From positions 1-40,188 of the forward strand of contig JBHGNT010000281.1 of NCBI GenBank assembly GCA_043228905.1: DNA of 40,188 nt, in the 5' to 3' direction. This stretch comes from Azolla caroliniana (taxonomy: Eukaryota > Plantae > Polypodiophyta). The notes under the pieces were generated by a model. That model did not search any database, had not been told where the DNA came from, and worked only from the letters and a program-made list of their open reading frames with translations. The position numbers and the translations under genes were made by a program. This document shows, piece by piece, positions 20,501 to 32,500 of this stretch (position 1 is its first letter; the number at the start of each line of letters is the position of its first letter).

Positions 20501-23500
20501 CATTTGTAACTAATTATAGTTGGAGGGTGGCAACTCCAGACCTGCACTCTCTTTCATCTTTATTATCTCTCTTTTACATTCTCTCTCTTCCTAGATTCTT
20601 CTCTCTCTAGAATTTGCAACTCTTTAAATGCCTTCTCTCTCTTCCACTTTTTCCAAGATATTCCCTCTTATTCCTAGTTTATTGTACATGTTTGGTAGTA
20701 CAAGAGTCACTTAACTACCAAACAACCATTTCACCCACTTTCCCCAGTTTTGTATAAATAGGCTATACCAGCCTCTTTTGTAAAGACTTTTATTTTTGCT
20801 ACTACTTACAAACAAGCTCTACTGTTTGGCTGTGTCTCTACTCTTTGCAACCATTTTTTCTACTGCTGTCTAACAGCCTTCTCACAGCTTGGCTGTGTCT
20901 GTTTTGTTCTAACAACTCTTCCACTGCTGCTATTAACAGCTTTTCTCACATGGTATCAGAGCAGTGAGGTCTCCATATCCTCAGCCTGTTTTTTTTGCCA
21001 AAGAGCACACATACCTATTCTCTTTTATCCCTCCCTCCCAACCCTATAGAGGAGGTTCTCTTAGCAGCCACCCTCCCAACCTATAGAGGAGGTTCTTCGT
21101 TTTTCTTTTCCCCTCATCTGAGCCTCGCCTAGCATCTAGGGAGGAGTAGAAAGCCCTGAGCATCTACCTACAGCTGCTGCAAATTGTCTAGTTGTAGCTC
21201 AAGTGGAGGATATCCATGGCCTCACATGCCACCATTGTTTCATCCACCATTCCCCAACTCCCGAAAGAGTCCATCTTGGATGGGAACAATTACTTGGATT
21301 GGGAATTACAAATAAAGACCTTGCTACAGTACCATTGTCTATGGAATGTAGTCAATGGTAGTGACAAGAAACCACCGGTAACTTTATCCTCTTCAACCAA
21401 ATCAGTTGCTGGCTCATCTAACGCTGAGATTGATGCTTGGCTAGATAAGGATTCTCATGCTCATGCTTTCCTCATGTTTAATATTAAACCGAGCATGGCT
21501 TGTCAATTTCAAGATACAGATGAAGAGACAGCCAATGAACTATGGGCAGCCATAAAAAAGAGGTATCATCGAGCTAATCATGCCCAAATGATAGCTATTC
21601 AGAGCCAACTAGCAAATCTCAAGATTCATGACACTCCCAACATCATGGATCAAATAATGCAATTTGTTACTCTCTAAAAGGAACTAGTTTCTTTGGGAAG
21701 CAAGTCAACTAAGTTGAGTTTGTGCATTGTCTAATGTTAAAGTTGCCAGAGTCATTCTCAGCCTTTTGTGACACAATTTTTCTTCTTCCCAACACGCTTA
21801 ATATGAATACATTTCTTGGCATGCTACAAGGCAAGGCAACAAGGAAGAAAAGTGCTCAAACTTCCAATGAGACGCTTCTACATGCGAAAAGTAAAGGCAA
21901 GTGGAAGCAAAATGGCAACTCCTACAACAAACCCAATCCGAGACCACCAAACAACCCGGCCTTCAAGGAGGTCACCTGTCATTATTGTGGTTACAAAGGT
22001 CACATTCAGCCCGACTGTGGTTAGTAGACAGTGGTGCCACTGCACACATGACTTATGACAAATCCATTTTGCATGATGTGAAGCCTAGCTCCTACCAAAT
22101 CTCCATCGGAGATGCCTCAAGCATTGAGGCTTCGTTTGTTGGTAATGTGTTTCTGAACACTTCTTCAAATGATGAAGCCGTCGTTCTTCAAGATGTGCTA
22201 CATGTGCCTCACATCTCTGCCAACCTACTTTTGGTCTACTGAATCACTAAGCAAGGTTATGGAGTCTACTTTGATAGCTCAGTTCTGGAAGTCATTGACA
22301 CCAACAACCTACAAATTGTAGCTAGTGGCACACAAGAAGGGGGTTTATATCGCTTGAAAGGTTCTCGTAGCCCCTTGGAAAAATCCAAATCTCATCTTCT
22401 TCATCTTCTTCAAGGCTCTCATGCATTGGTGGCACAAGAATATCCCACGTTGTGGCATGCTAGGTTTGGTCACCTCAACTACGATTCTCTACAAAAGCTC
22501 TCCTCTTCATAGCTAGTTGAGGGTTTGCCTATTTTCAAAACTCCCAATACCCCATGTGTTGCTTGTCTTCACGGAAAGCAACATCGAGAGCCTTTCCCTC
22601 ATGAAGCCACTCACTATGCAACATCTATCTTGGAGTCAGTGCACATGGATCTTTGTGGTTCCATGAAAACCACTACTCTTGGTGGTGCATGCTACTTCAT
22701 GCTTATCATTGATGTAATATCTTATTTGGTCTTATAGGCCATTTTGGCCTCTTAAAAGACGTTAATATATCTTTCTTTCTTTCTTTCTCAAAGACAAAAG
22801 CTACAATATACCTAACTTGAGAATCTCACATGTGCCAAAAACCAGATTCCCTCGTTTCTTCTCTTTTCATCTTATTTACTTTTATATTTACTGTGTAATA
22901 TTTATTTTATTTTTATTTGTTCTCAAAGATGAGACAACACTCAAGATGTAATCTCTCTCATTTGGTCTTATAGGCCATTTTGGCCTCTTAAAAGACGTTA
23001 ATATATCTTTCTTTCTTTCTTCTTTTTCGTAAGGTTTGGGTTTATTTTCTTGTAGAAAAATCTCAAGCCTTCACCAAATTTCAAGAATGGGTAGCTCTTG
23101 TGGAGAACACGACAACAAAGAAAGTTCGAAAGATCAAGTCCGACAATGGTGGAGAGTTTATCTCCCAAGCTTTCCACCATTTTTTCTCTCAACGAGGCAT
23201 TGCTCGCCAATTTCTACACCCAATACTCCTCAACAAAATGGAGTTGTGGAAAGGAAGAACCGGATCGTTCAAGAGATGTCTCATACAATGCTATCTCAAT
23301 CTGATCTTCCTCTCTTGTTTTGGGGTGAAGTTGTCAACACAGCAGTCTACATCATCAACTGCTGCCCAACAAAAGCAGTTCCTGCAATGACCCCTGCGGA
23401 AGCATTTATAGGTGTAAAGCCCTTAGTATCTCATTTTAAAGTCTTTGGTTGTGATGCTTATGTTCACATTTCAGATCATAAAAGGACGAAATTTGAGTCC

Positions 23501-26500
23501 AAAACCAAGAAATGCAAATTTCTTAGTTACAACACACAATCTAAAGCCTACAGGTTATGGGATTTAGAATCAAAGTTCCTAGTCATCTCTAGGGATGTTC
23601 ATTTTGTGGAGTCTAAACCGGATGACAGTAGGATTTCACATGAGTTCACGGTTGAAATTCTAGCTCCTCCGGAATCTCCTATTTTACAAGATGTCTCACC
23701 TTCAAGGCCCCCATCTCCTCCTACTCAACCCCTAACTTCACCAACAATTCAAACCTCTCCCTCAACTCCACTCGTTTCCCCTCCCTCTACACACCAGTTT
23801 CCACCACTTCCCCCAAGTGGCTTCAAGCCACCTTTCGTGATTCTCATCTCTCCGATGCTGAACATCATGAGTATACATCTGGTTCTCCAACCAACATGAA
23901 AAGAACACGTAGGTCACAACGGCCTCTTCACTCATGCAACTTTGCCTTACGGTGCACTGTTGTGCAATCACAAGAATCCACAACAGCAAAAGAGACCCTT
24001 GTTCTTCCAAAGTGGAAAGCAACAATGGAAGTTGAACTTGATTCCATTGAGCAGAATCATACATGGGAGCTGGTCCCATGGCCTCAACATCGACAAGTCA
24101 TTGGACTGAAATGGATTTTCAAGACCAAGTACCATGTTGATGGTACTTTGGATAAGCACAAGGCACGTTTAGTTGCAAAAGGTTGCTCACAAGTGGAAGG
24201 AGTGGATTACGAGGAAACATTTGCTCCAACAACAAGGTACACCTCTATTCGATGTGTGCTTGCGCTTGCTGCTCACCACAAATGGCCCATCTTTCAAATG
24301 GATGTCAAGTCAGCCTTCCTTAATGGTGACTTGAAAGAGGAAGTTTATGTTGAACAACCTCCAGGTTTTGAGATTTCAAAGCGGGAAAACATGGTCTACA
24401 GGTTACACAAAGCCTTGTATGGATTAAAGCAAGCTCCGAAAGCTTGGCATGACAAAATTGATACCTTCTTTCTCTCACTTGGGTTTACGCATTGTTATGC
24501 TGACAACAATCTCTATGTCTTTTCCCAAGAAAATCTGCTATGCTTGATCATATTATATGTTGATGACCTTCTAATTACAGGGTCCCTTGTTTCTAAAATC
24601 GAGGAGCTTCGTGCTGACCTTAAAACCACATTCGAAATGACTGATCTAGGACTTCTCCATTGCTTCATAGGTATGGAGGTCTATCAATCAAATGGTGGTA
24701 TCTTCCTCAGCCAACATAGGTATCTCAGCCAGCTCCTTCAGACCTATGGCATGTCAAATTGCAGGCCACTCTCTTGTTCGATGGATCCTAACTCAAAGCT
24801 ATCTCATGAAGATGATTCTCCCATATTTGAAGATATCACCAAATATAGAAAGTTAATTGGGTCTCTTCTTCACTTACACCAGGCCTGATTTGTCCTATAA
24901 TGTGAGTATTCTCAACCAATTCTCAAGTGCTCCGAAACAAAGTCATTGGCAAGCAGCAATACGAGTTCTTAGGTACTTGGCCAACACACTCGACTATGGT
25001 CTATCTTTTAGAAGTGGCATTGAGTTTGTTGGCTACTCGGATGCTAATTGGGCAGGTGATATTGATTCTAGAAGGTCCACATTTGGCTATTGTTTTATGT
25101 TAGGTTCATGCTTGATTTCTTGGAAATCAAAGAAGCAAATTTCAGTTTCTACTTCATCAACAAAAGTTGAATATTGAGCCTACTTGGATACTTTTTGTGA
25201 ATTGCTATGGTTAATGCAATTATTTTATCACATTGGTGTTTTGCAAGACTCTCCTATAGCAGTTTTCATTGACAACCAAAGTGCTTGTGCCTTGGCACAT
25301 AGCTCGACATTTCATGGTAGAACAGAACATATTGAAGTGCACTACCATTTAGTTCGTGAATTAGTGAAATCACTAGTCATCAACATAGCATATCGTCCTA
25401 CTCAAGAAAATGTGACTGATTTATTTACTAAGCCCCTTCCAAGGCAAGCCATTGATCAGCTCCTTGGTCGACTCAATGTTGGACTGCCGTTCTAGAGCTG
25501 AGAGGAGGTGTTGGAGGGTGGCAGATCCAGATCTACACTCTCTTTCATCTTTATTATCTCTTTTTTACATTCTCTCTCTTCCTAGATTCTTCTCTCTCTA
25601 GAATTTGCAAGTCTTTAAATGCCTTCTCTCTCTAAAATTTGCAACGCTTTAAATGCCTTCACTCTCTTCCACTTTTTCCAAGATATTCCCTCTTATTCCT
25701 AGTTTATTGTACCTGTTTGGTAGTACAAGAGTCATGTAACTACCAAACAACCATTTCACCCGCTTTCCCCAGTTTTATATAAATAGGCTATACCAGCCTC
25801 TTTTGTAAAGACTTTTATTTTGCTGCTACTTACAAACAAGCTCTACTGTTTGGCTGTGTCTACTCTTTGCAACCATTTTTTCTACTGCTGTCTAACAGCC
25901 TTCTCACAGCTTGGCTGTGTCTATTTTGTTCTAACAACTGTTCTGCTGCTGCTATTAACAGCTTTTCTCACAATTATTTTGAATTGGGCTGTCTTTTAGG
26001 GGCTAACAACTGGTAGTCTTCCTACCTTCATTGATGTTGGGAACAGCTTTGGGGCGGCAGCTATTGTGGAGGACAACATCATTAACCAGGTTTCTTGATA
26101 TTATTTTATTTAGTCTTTATTTTACTTGAACAGCTTTAGGGTGGCTGCTATTGTGGAGAACAGCATTATTCACCAGGTTTTGTGATGTTAATTTGTATTT
26201 TTTCAGCTTTCTAGCAATGGAAAAAGAATCATCATGATGGGGGATGATACATGGCTGCAGTTGTTTCCAACAGAATTTACAAAAACATATCCCTTTCCCT
26301 CATTCAATGTCAAAGATTTAGACACTGTAATGACATTCTCAACCTCTACAGGATGCTTTTTATCTCTATTGCTATATTTATGTGAAAGTAAAAGTTGCCC
26401 AAATATGTTGGTGATGTATTGAAATGATTGCTTGCAATATGTGAAGTGTAAACAGCAACATGGCATTACAACATATTAAAATCCAGGACAAATAGCTTAT

Positions 26501-29500
26501 GAACACAGCCAAATTTCTTGTGTTTGTAGGGTTTAAAAGTCAACTGAACTAGAAAATTTCAAAACTATAAAATTCTTAAAAACCTGAAGTAGCTGCTCTG
26601 GTTTTGAGTTTCTCTTAAAAAGACACAACTCATATCAATGCTTGATGTGAAAACAGGTGGACGATGGTGTGGTAGAGCATTTGTTTCCTGCATTATATGA
26701 AGACAGCTGGGATGTGCTCATAGGACACTTCCTAGGAGTGGTGTATTTTTTCTCTAAATCCATTCACATATATTGTTTTTGTGTAAGGCAAAAGAATGTA
26801 TGCATACTGAACAGAGTGATGTTCAGGATCATGCGGGCCACATTTTTGGAGTGGAATCATCACACATGGTTGATAAGTTGGAGCAGTACAACAAAGTTCT
26901 GGAGGTTTTATTGCTGCTATATGTCAACTTGAGTTCTGGATGTAATTGTTCGCAAATGGTTTTGACCTTTATAATTGCTCCATATTTCTTGCAGGATGTT
27001 ATATCTGTACTTCAGAATCATTCGTTTCCAGGTGGGCTCCATGAAGACACATTGCTTCTGGTAATGGGTGATCATGGCCAGACATTGAATGGAGATCATG
27101 GTGGTGGAACAGCAGAAGAGGTAGATCATATTTTAATATTTATTTAATCATGTAAATGTCAAACTATTATATACGAAACATGCCTGTATGTTTCATTTTG
27201 TACTCTTTGCAATTTAATTTATTCCTCTACTTTTCAGAATCATTCAAACAAGAGTTACTTCTGGTTGAAGTTTTCCAATTCGCTGATTTTTGTTCGATAT
27301 GAATTTTATTAGGTGGAGACAGCATTGTTTGCATGGAGTACAAGATTTCCAGTTCATTCTTCTCTACAAATTTGTCCATGCACTGTAGATTTGGTAAGTA
27401 AGGTATTGTGGAGTAGTTTATAGTTGAATCACACATTTAAATTCATCATAACTTGTAGATCTATTTCTTGCGTTGAATTTTTTCTTTTTGTTTTGAGGTC
27501 AGAACTAATAAAAATAAACAAAGGCATTTACAAAATGAGTATATGCCTTAAGACCCACGTTTTAATGAAACTTGTAAAATGTTTTGTAATGTAGCAAAAC
27601 CCATCATTAAGTAATTTCTATCAGAATGTACAATATACATAAGAGAGCAATATTTCTTGAGGCACTAACCAAACTGTCAAAGTTCATCCATATGAGGTAT
27701 ACTTTCTATTTCACAATGGCATTCAGGAGATCAAGACATGATTAAAGCCAAAAGAAGCTGGAGACAAAGAAGTGTTACGTGGTGACTCATTGAGTCTTTA
27801 GAGAATTTTAGTTACTAATTTCCACCTCTATAAACAGGGGTGCTTAAATCTCCCTCTACTGAACATATATGCATATAGAGAAATCTTCATCACGGACAGA
27901 GTGTAAAGGTACAATGGTTCTTTACAGAGACAAAATACATCTTTCTACTTAGGAACCTCTTCAGACATCCCAATGATAGTTCAAATATTTCTCTGCTGAT
28001 AGAGCCATCCAGTTTAGATGCTCTACACGTCCACTGACATAAGAATTTTCTCACAGGAGGTGTGGTACAGAGAGTATGTGACATCATTGATCACCATGAG
28101 AGACCCTCAGGAGGGGCAGAGTGTGGGGGGTGCAATGGTCTTTTACAGAGATAACATACATGTTACTACTTAGGCTCTTCGTCAAAGATCCTAGTGACAG
28201 GATACCATTTTCCTCTTGATAAGGCCCTCCAGTTTGGGCGCCCTAAACTTACAGGGACATGAGTCTTCATACAGGTGTGATCTACTTCATGTTGGTGGTG
28301 ACATTCCCAGAACAAACTTCTATCTTCCACGCTCTCTTGCTACACATTTTTCGCTCTCTACATTTACTTCGTTTCAGTTGACCTTTTGAATCTGCCATTT
28401 CTTCATTACAGAATTACGACATTGTTCATTTCCCTTCACATTCATATTTCTTTGTTTGATTTTCTAGTTGTGGTACATGTTTTTGTGTACAGTGGCATCT
28501 CTCTCTCTCTTACACACACATTATAATTGCTCTCAATTTAATGTTCTAGCTCTTTGCTGTTTTTGATGGATTTCATTACTTTGCAGGGAAAGGAGAACAA
28601 TTCATGCATATGTGACTTTCAACAGGTTGGTAAGTTTTTATTTATTTGTGGGTATATGTATTTACTGTGGAATGAAGATGTTGTGACAAATTACATATTT
28701 TTGTAGCTTGATTTTGCTGCAACATTAGCTGCTATTGTGGGAGTACCACTTCCCTTCGGGAGGTAGTTATTTTTCTATGCCTGATTAACTTGATGACCTG
28801 TAATTCTAAAACCTGCATTAATTCATATTCATGTATTATAAAAATGTAGTTCAATTATATAATACCATGTTTTTGATTAAAATGTTGTTGCTAGCTTATA
28901 AAGATGCCGACTGCTAATAATCAGTCTAGATACATTGGCTTAAAGATTAAGCATTGAGATCCTACTTTCCCATTTTCTTAAATACGCTTTCATCTGGAAT
29001 GCATCAACAAGCTTTCAATTATCAACAACTCTTATTCTCTGTTGTTTGTTTGGTTAAAAGTAAAATGTTAACTGCATGGCTGACTGAGTTATTTACTTCA
29101 AAAATGTAGCATCGGACGCATCAATCCACAGTTATTGAGTTTGCTAGGTGGATCATGGCCAACTCGTACTGTTCAATCTTCTATGAAAGAGGAAGATGGA
29201 TGGCTTAAGTTAAAGTGGTTGGAGGGTTACCATCAGCTACTACGTCTTAACGGCTGGCAGGTTTCGTTCTTTTTGAGACGTTCACAATGTTCATTTAACA
29301 GATGATTGAAGTTTTTTTATTGTGTCTATTTAATTTTTAGACATTTGTAAATATTGAAATGCTAAAATATTCAAACTGCTTGCACAAAAAAAAAGCTCAG
29401 AGGCGCTTCTAACATTTCGTTACAGCCTTCAATAATTGAAGGACAAAAATAATAAATCTATATGACCTAGAAAATTAGTCTTCTGGGTACAAAAGGAAAC

Positions 29501-32500
29501 AAAGGTATTTTTGTTATTCTAAGCAGATCCATTCAAGTTCTTCAACATGGTCCAAAAACGTGTCAGAAATGCATTTGAATGACTAGAATGGGTGCACAAT
29601 AACCATCCCTGAAATGATGAGAGGAGGCTCAGGCAAGGAAACAAGTTAGGGGATGATAAAATGGAAAGCTCAAATATTTCTGTATCTCATGTCTATGAGC
29701 TGCAAAAAGCTTTAACATATTAAGCATAAGATTCCTTCCATCATCTCAAAGGCCCCATCTGAATTGATGTTGAAATAGTATATGTGAGCATGTCTCAAGT
29801 ATAGGTTTGAACCATAGATGGTTGGGAAACTCCTGGAGATGTAAAAAATATAATGCACTGTTGCATTGTGAATCTTTGTGATTGTAAAAATCCACTGTTT
29901 CATGCGTGCGCCAAGCATAGACATCCAATATCACTATGTGTGCAATTTTGATTAAGGACCGCACAGTTTAATGGTTGTCTGATAGTCCAACATTCATTTT
30001 TAATGTGAATATTGGAAAGATCTGCTTCAGACAACTTCCAAAGACTTAAATTGGGCCTAGAAGGGAGTCTTGTCTTTGGGTGTGTCTTGAGAAGGGGTGC
30101 TATGTTTTGTTAAGACTCCAGCCTCTTTAGGTACCACCAATGCTCCATGATGTCAAAGTTGAAAGCTTCCATTAGGAGAAGACATTTGAGACCTAGAAAT
30201 CTGTTAGATCTGGAGTTGGACGTCATGTAAGGTCTAATTTGTGATACTTGATGGTTGAAAGATGATCTATGTGAATTGAGGATTTCTGTTGGGAAGTGCA
30301 ACTAAGTTGATGGAACATTGAGACCCCAATTTGGAAAATTGGATATTTTACCCAACCAAAAAAGCATTCTGAGGTCCGTTTTACAATAATATAAAATGTA
30401 TAAATATAAAGAAGCAATTGATATTCCAATTTTAATCTAAAGGTAGAGTTCGTCACCTAGCCATCCAAATTTAGTGCTGTATATATCTCATTAGTAAGGC
30501 AAAAACCTTCACTCAAAATTTTTGTGCTCTCTTACTATCACGTTTTCTTTACTGTGAGTTATGTGTACACGTTTGCGGTTGGAATTGAATTATTTTCATT
30601 TGGAATTATTTGAGATGAGCTTTGAAAGAAAGTTTTCATAGCACCATATGCTAAGATGACAGATGAGGAAACCCAGTTATGGATATGGGCATGTACCCTT
30701 CACAGATTCATCAAATCATTTTCATTTGGAATTACATCAGAAAAGTTTTGAGCTATGCCATAGTATCATATTGTAAGATGACAGATGAGGAAACCTGATT
30801 ATGGACTGGCATTAGGGGACAGAATATCTGGCATTAGTGGAGATAACTGCAGACAGCGTTGCTTGGCATTTCCTCCTTGGGATGAATAGATTGAGAATCC
30901 TGTAGTGATCATAAATCAGTGGTGACACCAAACAAGTTGAGATAGCAGGAGCCCATTTATGTACAAGAGTTGGCAATGCTTTTGGGCCTTAAAGTTGTGT
31001 ATAAGGTTCAAATAAAGTTTATGTCCTATAATAGTGCCCTAGTACCATAGATTTTCATTCCCTTGTTTATGAAACCATATTGATAGCTTCATCTATCATT
31101 CAGGGTTTATATGCAGTCTTTTAAGCCCAAGTCTGCTTTCAACAATTCCCATCCTTGAGCCCTCATAATTCTGTAAATGAACCGGTCTACAGTTAACCCT
31201 AGGCACATGCTATGATTCTTAACTCTCAGAAACATGCTGTCATCATAGTATAACTTGTGATGTAACTATATAATGCATAAAACTGAGTTATCATCAGGAC
31301 ACGATGGTAAATTTGATATGTTTATATGGAAAGAAACCTCGGAATCAGGCAGGTGCCATTTGACCACATCTGATCCTGTAGAGTCTCCAGATCTGTTTCC
31401 TCTACCATTTGCATATGTTTCTGTGATTGATACGTACTTTATTAACACGAACTCTCCTAAGGTTTCCTTGTCTCCTGATGATTTAACGTACATTAATTTT
31501 TTTTCTAGACAAGACATTTAAAGAAATTCAGAAAATTCAGAAAATTCAGTTGTTGGTTTGTTTCTTAGGTGAATCGTTACTTTGAGCAATATGCAGAATC
31601 AGTTATGAATGGGTTCTCAACAAGTGATCTCCGCAAGCTACAGATGTTGTATTCCCAAGCTCAGTCAGCTCTACCACAGTTTTCGAATGTCCAGGAGCCT
31701 GGTAAAGATTTGAATGAAGCTATGGTTATGCTCTCTGATGCAGTTGGGAAGTACACTAAGTACCTAGATGCTAGTGCATCACTTGCACGATCCAAGTGGA
31801 CCCAATTCTCAGATGACATGATGGGATTAGGCCTAGTGATACTTTTCATTGCTGTGATTATCCAAATTAATGCAGTGTATAAAACTGGGGGAGTCGACTC
31901 TAATATAAATTTTGAAGATTGCAATAAAATATTTCCTCTTCATGAGATGCTCAAAGGAAGCATTGTGTTTGGCATATCCTTTGGCATCTTTGCAGTTTTA
32001 TCCTCAATAATGATATCATCTCTATCCCAAGCATCTACATCCCTATCATGGAATCAAACAATAATGACCATCATTGGAGGAGCAATCTTTGGCTCGGCAA
32101 AATCATTAGTATTTCCTGGAAAGATAATTGCACAGGAGAATGATTGTAAGAAGATAACAGGAATGCAGACTTTCATTAACCTGGCTATATCAGATCCCCA
32201 AGGAGCTGTAGTAATTCTCTTTTGTGTGATGTATGCCTGCAGCTTGCTTTCAAACAGTTATATATGTAAGCTTGAATCTGCACGGTCTTAAGCATTATTT
32301 TCTTTGCTATATCAAGAGTAATGAGCAAATATTCTGATAATGTGCGTTTATTTTCCTTATTCTGATAATGAGCATTTTTTTGTAGTGAAAGAGCAGCAGG
32401 TAGTTACATTTTTCTTAGTCTCTTCTGGATTTCACAGTTTAAGACATGCGATACAGAAAAAGTCGAAAGCTCCACAGGTAAAATTGACACGTCCCGATTG

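Larger units (their letters stand above)
20518..25972 (+). mobile_element. Full-length, decayed Ty1/copia LTR retrotransposon in PIG-O intron 3, sense orientation
   Basis: LTRs at 20518-20950 and 25509-25972, TSD ATTAT (20513-20517, 25973-25977), PBS TGGTATCAGAGC and PPT AGAGCTGAGAGGAGG. Domains in copia order: gag ([23 protein letters not shown]), PR ([10 protein letters not shown]), INT ([21 protein letters not shown]), RT ([16 protein letters not shown]), RNase H (TDLFTKPL). Several stops and frameshifts. Confidence 0.97.

Noticed and set aside
22729-22760. Resemblance of GGCCATTTTGGCC to U2 snRNA stem I
   Set aside because: No GTAGTA branch-recognition sequence or Sm site; better explained as a LINE 3' tail.
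31266-31521. Overlapping 82-83-aa ORFs on both strands in intron 12
   Set aside because: No motifs, and the PIG-O frame is complete without them.
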